From Blastocladiella emersonii ATCC 22665 (taxonomy: Eukaryota; Fungi; Blastocladiomycota): a stretch of DNA of 64,000 nucleotides. The DNA lies in the NCBI GenBank assembly GCA_025594325.1, contig JANHCV010000006.1:682001-746000 (forward strand), written 5' to 3'. This document shows, one piece after another, positions 1-12,113 of the stretch. The position numbers and the translations under genes are program-made. A model generated the notes under the pieces. That model ran no database searches, had not been told where the DNA came from, and saw only the letters and a program-made list of their open reading frames with translations. Each line of letters opens with the position of its first letter. Within the stretch, counting starts at the first letter, position 1.

Positions 1-887
1 ACAGCGCCGCGACGAGCGTGATGAACCCGTCGAGGACCACGAGCGGGCCGCCCGCGACCGCCGCCTCGTGCACGACCGTCGCCATGGCCGTGATCTCGAG
101 GTCGCCCGCGCACCGGAGGACTTCGGCCCACTTGGCGGCGGCCGCGGGGCTCGCGTCGAGCGGGGTCGCCGGGATCACGCTGCGCCACGCGGCGAGGACG
201 CGGTCGACCAGCGCGCACTTGGCCGCGTACCGCTCCCCCGAGACGCCCGTGCCCGCGCCCGTGACGTCGGCCGCGGATTTACCGGTGGCGGCGCCGAGGA
301 GGGTGGACGCGACGGCCGTGTTCCCGATGCCCAGCTCGCCGATCCCCAGCACGTCGACGGCGTCGCCGCGCGCGGCCTGCAGCGCCTTGCGGCCGTGCGA
401 CATGGCGAAGCTGAAGGTCACGGGCTCCATGGCGGGGGCCGTGTCCGGGCACGCAGTGCCGTGCGGGAGGAGGCGGAAGTGGTCCACGGTCGCGTAGCTC
501 AGCGGCGAGTCGACGCCCAGGTCCATGACTTTGAGGTCGATGCCGTGCGCGCGGCACAGGCAGCTACAGCGAAGGCGACGTGTTAAACACAGGGAACATG
601 TCACCAAGCAGCGTAACGTACTTGATCGCAGCCCCGCCCTCCGCGACATTGCGCAGCATCTCCCGCGTCACGGCGCGCGGGTACTGGGACGTCTCGTCGC
701 CGAGCCCGTTGTCGGCGGCGAACAGCAGCATGCGCGGGCGGTCGACGTGCGGCGCCACCGTCCCCTGCACCACCATCAGCTTGCTCGCCCACGCCTCGAG
801 CGCGCCCAGCGACCCCGGCGGCTTGGTCTTGCGCAGCAGGTGGTCGGCGGCGGTCGCGCGGGTCACGGTGGGCGGAGGAGGGGTCAT
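1..887 (-). CDS. cobT: Nicotinate-nucleotide:dimethylbenzimidazole phosphoribosyltransferase (CobT); 3' end runs off the window
   Basis: ATG at 887. Exon 1 has TKPPGSLGALE, FAADNG and SQYPRAVT..M..N...GGAAIN. Intron 564-621 (GTACGT..CTGTAG) joins in frame to CLCRAHGIDLKVMDLGVD...GIGELGIGNTAVASTLL...GAGTG...VVLDGFI. These are hallmark CobT motifs. Confidence 0.9.
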
Positions 888-1132
888 GGATGAAGAAGGT
901 TGCATTGGGAGTGTGTGCGAAGGGGAAGAGAGAGAGGAAGCGGCGGGGGGCGAAGCGAGGCGGATCGGGTGCACTCCCTCGTTCCGAAAGAGTCGCCACG
1001 TGGCGTGAACCCCAACGCGCCGCTGACGCGTCTCGCACCCGGCTGCTGTGCCACCATGGCCACCGTGGGGCACATCAACACGGCAAAAGGTAGGTTCGGA
1101 TATATATGAAATCAGTCATCATGCAAACACCC

Positions 1133-3830
1133 TCATGTCTTCTTGAACGGCGAGTTGAACAGGCCCAGCAGCCGCGTGACGTGCCCCGGCTTGACCCCCA
1201 CCTCGCGCGAGCTGTCGCCGCTCCCGCTCCCGCTGCTCCCGCTGCTCCGGAGCGACCCGTTCGAACCCTTGGACGAGGTCGAGCTGAGCTCGGACGGGTG
1301 CATCGGGAACGGCCGCGGCGGGCCCGTGCTTGTCGACGGCGTGGAGGGTGAAGAGGAAGCGGCGGCCGACGAGTCCTTGTTGTTCGCCCGCGCAATCTTC
1401 TTGACGTCCTTGCGCTGCGACGTGCCCTTGGACGGCGACGGCGAGGGCGACGGGACCGACTCGACGGCGGACACCGCGCCAGCCCCCGCGGCCGCCGTCG
1501 TCGAAATTGCACTCGGCAGCACAGGTACCGGCGCGCGCAATGGGACCGCGGGATCGGGCGCCACCGCCGAGGATGACAGCGGAGGCACGGGATCGAGCAG
1601 CGACGCGGGCGGCGGCGTTGTCGTCCCCGTCCGGGTGCGTGCCGCTGCGGCCCCAGCGTCGCCCGTCGTCGCCGTCGTGTCGACCACCGTCTTCTTGTCG
1701 AGGCGGTACGGGCTCGGCGGCTTCGGCGGCGGGAGCGTGCTGCTCGTTCGACGCGGGCTGTCGGGCAGCAGCGACGCGCGGGAGGGTGGGGTCGAGGGGA
1801 GAAGAGTGACAGGGTCGATGGGTGCTGGAGCGGATGCCGTGGGGATCGGAACGGCGGCGGGTGTTGGTGTAGGGGCGCATTCTGGTGGCGGAGACGGGAC
1901 GGCGACGGGGACGGCGGCAAAGCACGCGGCAGCGGGAGGTAGAGAGGCGGCGGCGGCGTCGGATCGTGGTGGAGGCGACGCCGTGGCGGGCGCAGGAGCG
2001 ACGGGAGCAGGTTCTGGAGTAGGCGATGGCGATGGTGGCCTTGGTGCGGCGGATACGGGCGCCGGAGAGGGTAGAGGGACCGTCGCGACGGGTGCTTCCG
2101 CCTCGGCAGCGTCGGGGTTCGAGGACGCCGCAGTGGTGCTCGCAGCCGAGGCGGACGCAGCAGCTGCAGCGGCCGCGGCCGCGGCCGCCGCGTTCGCGTT
2201 GGCAGTCGAATGTCGTGGCGAGAACGAGCGAGTCGTCGCCGGCGCAGATGCCGAGGCAGCGGGCGGCGTCGGCGACGGTGATGCCCTGCGCTCGGGAACC
2301 GGTGCAGCCTTGGCGGCGCCATCGCCCGAAGGCGGCGGCGGCGGTGCGGACAGCGACGTGATATCGGTGCCGAGCCGCGCGTGGTTCTCGACGGCGCGCT
2401 TAGCGGCCGCGTACAGCTTGGGCCCGTCGTCCTCCTCCTGGTCGATGACGTCGAGCACCGACTCGTCCTCGTTGGTACGCGCCTCGACGTCCGCATTCGG
2501 CAGCGCGAGGAGGTGCATGAGCGTGTCCTTGTGCCCCGCGTCGGCCGCGTAGTGGATCGCGGTCCACCCCTGGTCGTCGCGCACGTTCGGGTCCGCGGCG
2601 CGGCCGAGCAGCCACTTGACGGCGTCGAGGTGGCCGTGCGCCGACGCTATGTGTAGCGCCGTGGCGCCGCGCGACGGCTGCACCACGTCGACGTGGTCGA
2701 TCTTGGCCTGGAACATGGTCAGCAGCGGGATGTCGCCCGACTCGGCCGCCGAGAACCATAGAACGGGAACGCAGAACTGCACCCGCTTCTTGGCTTGCGC
2801 GGGCGGGCCCGCGCGCGAACTCAGGTTCTCGGTCGACCGCGACGCAAGGATGCTCCGCGACGGCGGCGCGTTGGTCGAGCTCACCGAGTCCGTGCGCCGC
2901 CCGCGCGTCGGCGTCGACGTCGCGGTGGTCGGCGGAGCGGCGCCCGGTGCCGCGGTGGTGGAGCCAAGCGCGGACTCGGACTGCGTGCGGAACACGTCTA
3001 CGCGTCGTGGAGGTCAGTGTGAGCGAGTGGAGGTCGTATCGCGAGAGAGCGGGAGCTGTACCGTTGCGCAGCGAGGGCGGCGGAGCGCGCAGGAACAGCA
3101 TGCGGGTGACGTCGTCGTCGGTGCAGTCGACGGCCTTGTACTTGCGGTCATTCTTCTTGCCGGCGAGGTTGCTGTGCAGCTCGAGGACGCGGGCGACGAG
3201 CTCGGCCATGCCAAGGAACGAGGCCAGGTGCAGCGTCGTGTTTCCGTTGCCCCACACGGACGTGAGGAAGGTGATGAGCGCGTACTTTGACCCAACGCTC
3301 TCGGCCTCACGCGCCAGGTAGTTGAGGATGTCCAGCGCGATCTCCTCCTCCCCCAGAAAACACGCGACCTGGATCAGGTTGAGCCTTGCCGTCGACGGGC
3401 CCAGCAGCTCGTTGGCGTCGGCCAGGATCTCGGGCTCGTGGAAGTACCGCTTGTCCGCGTTCGGCACCAGGAACGTCGCCAGCACCTGGTCCGCAGCCGC
3501 GCTGCTCGCGTTCTCGAGCAGCGCCTTGACGCCCGCGCGGTCCCCCGCGTTGATGGCGTCCACGAGCGCAGCCGCTAGCAGCTGCACCTCGTCGTCCTCG
3601 CCGCCGCCCGACGACGGGTTGCTCTCGCCCGAGTGCGTCGAGCAGTCGGACAGCGACGACATGGACCGCTCGCGCCGCGCAGGCGCGGTCGTGGTCGTCG
3701 ACGGGGACTCGGTCGCCGGCGCCGATGCGGGAGCAGACACGACGACGGGCTTGACGGGCCGCGGCGGGCCATCGGTGGTGCCCGCAGCCGCCGTGGCCCC
3801 GGGTCGGTCCGGGCCCGAGATGCTCGGCAT
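1133..3830 (-). CDS. Ankyrin-repeat protein with RVxF motif (PP1 regulatory subunit/MYPT-like module) and long Pro/Ala-rich tail
   Basis: Two exons (intron 2998-3061, GTACAG..CGTAG). Ankyrin repeats GNTTLHLASFLG, GATALHIASAHGHLDAVKWLL and GWTAIHYAADAGH; KKRVQF lies directly before the second ankyrin block. Confidence 0.78.
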
Positions 3831-4253
3831 GGTGGTGTGTGCGTATGGATGCTTCAGAAGTCGGTGTCACGAGTGCGACAGGTGTGTTGATTACATGGAG
3901 TGAGCAACCGAGGCGGGGGCTCCTCGAATCGGCGGTCGTGGAAGCGGGCAAGGAGAGCGCGCGCGCCGCGACTTTCCCTCGGCCGGGTCGCCACGGTCAT
4001 GGGATGGCGCGCTTCGCCGCTTCGTCTCTCGCCTCGTCTCGCACCGGCGGCGCGCCCGACGCGTCGCGCGACGCGAGGTGCGAGGCAGTCACGTTGCGCG
4101 CGCGGGCCGTCACCTGACGCGCGCCCAGGGACGCGTTCCGCTTTTCGCCTTCGCGTGGCGCGCCACCGACTAGCTTTGGCCCCTCCCGTTCGTGCTCTCG
4201 TAAGCACCATCGACCACAAGAAACGCCACGAAACTCGCCGCACACTGCAACCC

Positions 4254-6430
4254 ATGTCATTCCTCTTCTCGTCGCGCTCGCCGTTCGACGAGGCCGTCGG
4301 TACGGGTCGACCCGCGGTGCATCGCGCGATGACCGATGGATGGTGACTCACCCGCCCATCGCACCCACATGAATAGACAAGGCGACGAGCGAGCTCATCC
4401 CGAGCGGGACCGAGGACCTGGCGCTCAACTTTGAGATCTGCGACCAGATCCGCGGCAAACAGGTGCCGGCCAAGGACGCGATGCGGTCGCTCAAGCGGCG
4501 CCTGACGCACGCCAACCCGAACGTGCAGATCCTCGCCCTCAAGCTGACGGACCTGTGCGTCAAGAACGGCGGCGACCACTTCCTGATCGAGGTGGCCACG
4601 GACGAGTTCTCGTCGGCGCTCGTTGGCCTGCTCAGCAACGCCGCGCTCGCGCTCCCCGTGCGCGCCCTGCTGCTGCAGTACTTCCAGTCGTGGGCCCTCG
4701 CCTTCCGCGGCCGCCCGCACCTCGACCCGCTCTACACCACTTACGTGATGCTGCGCAACTCGGGCCGCTTCGCGTTCCCCTCCACCAACGACGAGGACGC
4801 GCTCGCCGGGAAAGCCGTCATGATCGACACCAGCGCCCCGCCCGAGTGGTCCGACTCGCCCGTCTGCGAGCGGTGCCGCACCGCCTTCACCTTCACCAAC
4901 CGCAAGCACCACTGCCGCGCGTGCGGCATGACCTTCTGCGGCGACTGCTCGGCCAAGTCGATCGCCCTCCCGCACTTTGGCGTCGTCGACCCCGTCCGCG
5001 TCTGCGACGGCTGCTTTGCCCGCGGCGGCAAGCCCGCCACGCTCGTCGGCGCCGCTGCAGGCCCGTCGCCCGCTCCCGCGCGCCAGTCGGCTCCCGGTCC
5101 CGCTGCTGCAGCGGTAACGCCGGCGGCCGCGCGGTCGCAGACGGCCATCCGCGAGCAGGAGGAGCTCGACCTCGCTATCGCGCTCTCGCTCGCCGAGGCC
5201 GACGGCGCGACCCGCGGTCAGCCGTCGCACTACGGGTCCGCGTCGCAGGCCCCCGCGTCGCGCTCGACGGCTGCCGCGGCGCAGCCCGCGAAACCCGTGG
5301 TCGAGAAGCGCGTCTCGGCGGCGGCGCCCGCATCCGCGTCCGAGGAGGACGACCCGGACCTTGCCGCCGCCATCTCGGCGTCGCTCGCCGAGCTCAACCT
5401 GCGCAGCGGTAACGTCGGTGCCGGTCGGCCGTACGACGCGGCGGCCGAGGCCTCGGCGCGCGACTACCGCCGCAAGAGCACTACGCCGTCGCTCAAGGGC
5501 CACCCCGCCGCCGAGGCTGCGGCAGCAGCTGCTGCGGCTGCGGCTGCCGCTCAACAGCAGCAGCAGCAGCAGGTCCTCGAGCTCACGGCGACCGAGATGG
5601 AGAACATCGAGTTGTTCGCGTCCATGATGCAGCGTATCGAGGAGCAGGGCCAGGCCTCGGCGATCCTCGGGTCGCGCGAGTACGCGTCGCTGCAGCAGTC
5701 CATGGCGCTCCTCCACCCGAAGCTCACCACCTCGCTGCACGACACGCTCGCCGTGCACCGCCAGCTCGAGGACCTCCACCGCCGCGTCGGCGCCGCCCTC
5801 CGCATGTACGACGAGGCTATCGAGTCTGGGCTCGCCGGCGGACCGCACGCGCCGTCTCAGCCGCCAGCGGCGGCGTTGGGTCCGCCCGCGTACCACGGCG
5901 GCGGTCCGGCTGGGTACCCGCAGCAGCAGCAACCACAGCCGCCGCACATGTACACGGGCGACCAGCACGGGTATCCTGGCCCGCACCCACCGCCGCAGCA
6001 GTACCACGCGCCGACCCCGCCGCCGCAGATGCAGGGCCCGAACGGGTTCCCGCCCGGTCCGCCGCAGCACGCGGGCTACCCGAACGGCGCGCCGATGCCA
6101 CCACCGCCCCAGCAGCAGCCCCAGCAGCAGGCCATGTACCCGCCACCTGGCCCGACGCAGTCCCCGCCGCCGCCGCCCGCGGGCCACTACGCGTACGGGC
6201 CTCCGCCACCTCAGCACCAGCAGAGCTACGCGCCGCCACCTCAACAACAACAGCAGCAGCAGTACGCGTCGCCCCCGCATCACCACCAGCAGCAGGGCGC
6301 GCCGGCCGGGTACGCGCCAGGTCTGCCGCCGCCCATGGTACCGCAAGGCCAGCAGCAGCATCAAATGCCGCCACCGACCCAGCAGGCGCCCGAACCGCCC
6401 AAGGAGGCGGCGCCGTTGATTGAGCTGTAG
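4254..6430 (+). CDS. VPS27: ESCRT-0 subunit Vps27/Hrs (VHS-FYVE-2xUIM-coiled coil-PQ tail)
   Basis: MSFLFSSRSPFDEAV|DKATSELIP (intron 4300-4376); VHS domain; FYVE CERCRTAFTFTNRKHHCRACG; UIMs EQEELDLAIALSL and EDDPDLAAAISASL; C-terminal APLIEL. Confidence 0.95.
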
Positions 6431-6517
6431 CGCGGGTGATGTGTGAATGGAAATATCATGATTTGGTTTCGCCATGAAGATCGGGGGAGGCCGTGGTTGT
6501 GGTTGGGGGGGGGGGTC

Positions 6518-6665
6518 AAAAAACGTGATCCGAGCGCTGCACCCGCCGACGCTCAAATCTCGCTCGAACGCCCGCGCCCGTCCCTACTCCCTTAACCCAT
6601 AGCCGACCGGGGTTTGGCACACCAGCGTCCCCGGACTTAGCTTCTTGAAACAGGCGCCGCCGCAC
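6518..6665 (-). ncRNA. Candidate structured small ncRNA (unassigned)
   Basis: Lies between two convergent 3' ends. CCGGGG/CCCCGG stem (6607-6634), GAGCG/CGCTC hairpin (6532-6554), GATTTGA and GTTCGA on the minus strand, ending in T6 (6518-6523). No known family recognised. Confidence 0.22.
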
Positions 6666-6788
6666 CGCACAAAACTCACCTAAGCCTCGCCCCGATTATT
6701 TTTCACCTCGCTGTCGCTCACCGCTGTTCCTCCCTCCCCACCAAAAATGTGGACGCCCAATAACATTCATTGCGCCGTCCGCAATCCA

Positions 6789-7495
6789 CTACAACATCTC
6801 ACAATCATCGACTGACATGAAGATTTCCTTGGGACCGGTGTGGCGGGACAAAGCGTATCGATTCGTCGTCTCCTTGCACATGATCTGCGGGGACAAGTCG
6901 CCGTCGTGACCCTTGTAGCTGATGATCGTGAGGAAGACCACGGACGGCTTGATCGAGTTGGAGTTCTCGGCGGGCGTGGCCGTGGGGAGCGGCGTCTCGC
7001 CCACATACGGCTAGCGACGGCGACCTTGGGGGCGGGGAGCGCATGTTCTTGTGCGCGGGCCGTTGCCTTGGCGTACCGTCGAGGGCATCGGCTTGATGAG
7101 GCGGTCGGTGAAGCTGAGGACGCCGTCGCCGACCTCGAACGTGAGCTTGCACACGCCGCCGCCTGGGTCCTTCTCTCGATCGCCGTCTTGCCGGCCTTCG
7201 TCGCGCGTCTCGGCCGACAGCGTGGGCCCTGTGTCGATCGGCTCGCGTCAGTGCATGTCGCGCGGGCCCAGTGTAGTGAGCTGACGCACCGTGTTCTTCT
7301 TCGTCGTCTGAACCAGCCATGTTGGCCATGTCGCGGACGTCGCCGTCGTCGAAACCCGCCGCACCGTCCTGCGAGAAGGGTGCGCCGGCGGCGCTAGCAC
7401 CGGGACCTTCATCAGCAACGGCCGCGTCAGGCGGTCCAGACCGCGCGCGCGCCGCAGTGGCCCAGTGCTCCCTGCGGGCCTCGAGGTCGGCGGCC
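6789..7495 (-). CDS. Multi-exon hypothetical protein (5' end uncertain, may extend to about 7790)
   Basis: GC3-rich frame ...MAGSDDEEEH|GPTLSAETRDEG...CKLTFEVGDGVLSFTDRLIKPMPST|PYVGETPLP...VDDCEML* joined by canonical GT..AG introns. Confidence 0.45.
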
Positions 7496-10076
7496 TGGCC
7501 TCTTTCTCGTCGTCGTCATTGCCAGATCTCTCCTCGCCGTCGCTATAGGGATCAGAGTCCGACGGCGAGACGGGGCGAGCAGGAGCAGGTTGGACGGCGA
7601 GAGCCGCGGCCGCGGACGACGAAGGTGCATGCGAGTCGACGCAGCGACACTTGCCCGGCGCAGGTGGCGGGTCCGATGGCGTAGACGGTGGCGAGGCGAG
7701 TGGCGACGGTGTCGCGGGGACGCGAGGAGCAGCGAGGTGGGACGGCAGCGGGTCCCGCGCGAGCGCGTACTCACGGGCCCCAGCTCGGCGTAGGCCGTCT
7801 TGTTGATAACATGATATGTTGTTGATGGTGGTTGAGGTCGCTCTTTGCAAGAAGAGTGAGGAAGTTGAGGGGGAGACGGCGGCGAGGCCGCTCGGCGGAC
7901 GGCGGGCTGGGTGGCGGGGCGGGGACGGCTTGGGACACCGCTGTCCAATCCCGATTTCAGCGGGTCCGATCGGGTTTTCCGCGGTTTTCTCGCTCCCCCC
8001 GCAAGCCACAAACCCAGTCTCAAGCTTATCGGATAGAGCGCAACGAGGCGCACACGTGGGTGCCAGTCGTGTCGCGATGTCTCGCACCTGGCTGGAGAAC
8101 GGGGCGATCTTGGCTCCGAAACGCGTGGACCCGAGCGTCTTACGACTCCCACGCCCTCAGTTTTCAACTCCACATCTTTTAACTTCACACAGTGGTGGCA
8201 GTCTACGCATAGTGCGTCCACGAAAAGTTTGAACCGGATTCATGCAAAGGTGTTGTCAGGGCGGGCGCTCGCGCGAAGTTCATAACTTTGGCGGCGCCTC
8301 CCAGCTCAGCCGTTAGGCGGTGCGCCACGCTAAAAATCTCGGGCCCTAACAGTATCGATAGCTACAATTTTGCTGAGCAAAGTTTCGAGAGTGTAGAGTA
8401 AAAAGTGGTGGAGATATGAGGGGTGGGGTGAGGGACACCAGTGTGCCATGGTCGTCTATGGGTTAAGACATCATAAGCAACGCATCTAACTCTACGCAAT
8501 CGCTCCGGCATCGGCTTCTTGACATCAGCGAACAAGGCGGCGCCCGCCGCCGCCCGGGTCGCTGCGCTGCAGCCTCGGGTCGCTCACACATCTTGCAACT
8601 CAAACTGTGCTCGGCCGGGATCAAAGTATTGGATGCGGTAACTTGTCGCGCGCCAAAATCCCTATCGCGCGGATACGCACAACTGTCTGTCCTACAACAC
8701 ACTTCACTCGAGTGGCCAGTCAAAAGGCAAAGGCAATCAGGGCGAGGTGCAGGTACCTCCGCCGCGTGCTTACAGCCCGCCGGACCGCCTCGGCCCGATC
8801 CGCCGAGCTTGATGGCGGTCATGCACGGCATCAAGGTAAGTGCGCGCTTCCGCCCTACTACTTTCCTCCGCCAGTCGGCAATCTTACTCACTGATCTGTT
8901 GTCATTGGTCTAGGCCGCGCGATCCTGCGAGACAGATGGGCCTGACCGCTCAGCGACAATGCGACTGGTACCACTCGAAAAAAGAACTTCTCGCGGCGCT
9001 CGTGGTGGTGGGCGTCGCTCGCGCCCGTGCCGTGAAAAACTGCGCGCCACTGGCGCGAGCGACGCCCTTCAACTGGTCGTTCACCACGGGCGCCGCTCGC
9101 AAGATGCATGTTCGAGTGAGCCACGCCGTCGCTGTTGCTGGACCTGTGAACCTTGCTGAGTTAGCGGGGGGACGAGCGCGGAGAATGATGGGGGACAAGA
9201 TGGAGAGGAAACAAGAGGAAACAGGAGGGTGAGGAGGCCGCACACACCTGTATGATCCGGAAACGTGAGCTAAAGAGAGCTCACGTCCGCGGCGGGGGTG
9301 CGGCCACCTTTTGAGGGCGACAAGGAGCGGGCGGCGAGCCGCCGGCTGCGGCCGGGCGCGGACGCCCGCGTTCGCGGCGGTGAGAAATGTAGCGCGATCA
9401 GCGGCACGCGCGCGCGCGTGACCCGAGCATCACGCGCGTCGCGCGACAGCTGGGGATGTGATCGTTGGTTGTGATCGTCGTCAACACGAGGTCGATTTCA
9501 TTGTTCGATTCGCTGGTTTTCATCAAACAACGGCTGGATGAGGTTTAAGCCAAGTTGAGGAATCGTAACCATGGGTCGTTTGGTACTTTCTCACGCGGAG
9601 TTTGACGACGGTGCTTGCTGGTCTTCACGCGCGAGCAGCGGCGGATGGGACGGCGTTGTACCGCTTGACCAGCCCACGCAAAAGTTGGGTAGTGAATCAA
9701 ATCGTGCAACCAACGATATTTCCGAGTCGCTTGACAAAGTCGGCCCCAATCGAGGTTTTCCAACGTCTTCAGAAGGTAACGTGAGTGGCGCGCCGCGTCG
9801 CGTCGCCGTCGCGTCATGTTTCAGGTTTGCTACTCGACCGCCGCTCGACTACGACCTTTCCCAAGAGATCCGAACGTTCCTACAGTAACCAACGGTTACG
9901 TTTGGCCCTAAGCATGTAGATCTTGTTTTGTTCGGAACGCAACTAGCCGGGTGACATGCACGATCGTTGGATTTACTTCACAGCTGCCTGAACCCGCCTC
10001 CGAGAGACGTTCGCGGGCCAAGACAACATCTTAGGAGCAATAAATTGTGAAATTGAAAGTCCCGACAGTAAACGAC

Positions 10077-10654
10077 TCAATCGGCTTCGCGATCACCAGC
10101 AATCTCGTCGTCAAACGTTGGAGGATACTGGGCGATTCCGGTGTTGCGCGCATGCAACTCAGCAACATCATACACGAAGGCGATAATGTCTCGCTTCACT
10201 CGTGCCACACCACCTAAGATTTCGACCTTCGTGCTCTTCACGAACCGCTCGACATCCGTTGCCTCGCCAAGAAGTGTGATGGCGAGGGCGATTGTGGCGA
10301 AGGGAGACAAGACGCCAAAGTCCATCCTCTCTGATCGCGGTTCATACATGGTTGCTGTTATGATAATGAAAAGGCACAGGCGGAGAGGAGAAGCCGAATT
10401 CCAGCAAAACTGCGCTTCACTGCCACGACTTGTAGCGCGGGGAGCAGCAGGTGCTAGACACGCGGCGCGAGACACGCGTGGAGACCCGCTGCGGATTTCA
10501 TGGCTTGGCGCGCCCCGAGAAATCGCGTCTCACAGCTCACGTCTCGCAGGGCACCCACGTGAGTTTCAGCTGATATTCGCCCGAAGCAAGCGGTACCGTT
10601 CTGCCGGCCGATCTTCCGCTCGAGGTGCGTGACGGTCGCCTCGAGCTTACCCAT
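10077..10654 (-). pseudogene. Diverged copy (copy C) of an unknown helical family ('family X'); C-terminal part clear, 5' part uncertain
   Basis: DFGVLSPFATIALAITLLGEATDVERFV...DIIAFVYDVAELHARNTGIAQYPP aligns by eye with the C-termini encoded at 11418-12113 and 59333-60019. Confidence 0.55.
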
Positions 10655-11417
10655 TCTACTCCCTTGGTCTCGGGCAGTGCGCGTGAACGTCTGACTTGTC
10701 CGGTACCATGGCTAGAGGTTGCAGGACGAATAAGGTCGTACCACACAAGACGATCTCGTAGCAAAAACTTGGCGTCCGCCAAACCCGTTGCGACAGGTTC
10801 CAAAGATCACACTAGAGAGCAGGTTCGATCCATGGCTCCCCACGCAAGATTTCGATAGGGCGCACACGGTGATAAAAGCAGCTATCGAGTCGGAGACCCG
10901 TAAGATGAAATCAAGGATTGCCCTCGCCAGCGCGTCTCGCGGGGCAAACAGACGTGCGTCGCCACGGCGTTCATGAGGTCCACGAGTGCTAGAAAATCGC
11001 AATGCTTCTTGTTCCGCCGCATACATTCCTTTATTATTAAGAATTACGGCACCAGGAAGTCCGCCGGGGAGGTGATCGACGACTGATAGCAACGTGTCTC
11101 GACTAACACGAGCGACGCGTAACGCGATGCGCCACATCACGTTCTCACATGATGCGCTCCGCTCGCCATTCCGATGGTTGCCAGCGACTCTCAGTCCTCC
11201 CTGGCGACAAATAAGTTGGCGCAATATAATCACAGGGGTCAGTTCCTATCCACCAGTGCCTTAGATTCGTCCCTTGCCTGAATTCGACTGCTGATCGAGT
11301 CCTAAGCAAGGCCCGCATCGCAGCTTCGATCGCCGTGAGGACTGCAGTGTTTCTGGAAAGTTGGTTATGGACAAGATCAGGTGGAAATACAAGATATGCA
11401 TTGGACATCAACAGGAG

Positions 11418-12113
11418 TCATAGAGACCCACGGTTTCCACCAGCTTCGTCGCCGTAACCAGGAGGATGGCTGGCTACGCCCGTCCTGCGCGCATGGACTT
11501 CGGCAAAATCGTACACAAAGCTGATGACGGCAATCTTCACTTGTTCCAGGTGCCAGGAAATGTCGTTGTGCGTGGTTCCCACGAGGCGTCAAAGGTCTGC
11601 CGCCTCGCCGCAAAGCGCGGCGACGTCAGCAATCGTGGAAAAGGGCGACAGGAAACCTTGATCCGTTAGCTCGCCCTCAAGCCTAGCGACTGATGCGTCG
11701 ACAAGGTCTACAACCTCCCTCGCGCGCGCCCACTGGGTGTAAAGGTCGAGAAGGCGCGGATCGAGGCGAGCGAGGAAGTAGTGGTACTCGCTTGGGGAGC
11801 TCAGAAGCTTGTTGCGAACTTTGGTGGTGATTTCGATGGTCTCCTGGACCTCCTTTGCTGTAGCTGTGATCTGAGAACTTGCGTCCTCGTGGATACGCTT
11901 CAACTGGCGCGAAATTTCAAGAATGTCGCGCATGCGGTCCCGAGAAAGCTCCACGACTTCACCAAGGGCCTGGTTTGAGCTCGCTGCGCGGACGCAGGGC
12001 CCGACGGCGGCCAACGAGAGTCGTCCCGTGGCAACACGGCGTGCGACCCACGACAAGCAATCGGGGCCGTGGGCAACATCGTCCGGGGGCATCCGTTCAT
12101 TAGAAGTCAACAT
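11418..12113 (-). pseudogene. Family X copy B, interrupted by an in-frame TGA at 11589-11591
   Basis: MLTSNERMPPDDVAHGPDCL...SRDRMRDILEISRQLKRIHE...GFLSPFSTIA...ADL*RLVGTTHND...FVYDFAEVHARRTGVASHPPGY. Collinear with 59333-60019 on both sides of the stop. Confidence 0.75.

Noticed and set aside
6589-6598. CCCTTAACCC as a possible telomerase RNA template
   Set aside because: It does not match TTAGGG, and no pseudoknot or telomere sequence supports it.
8230-9950. Short ORFs and an intron-like segment (8837-8912) in the lower-GC block
   Set aside because: No coherent reading frame or recognisable motif; left unannotated.
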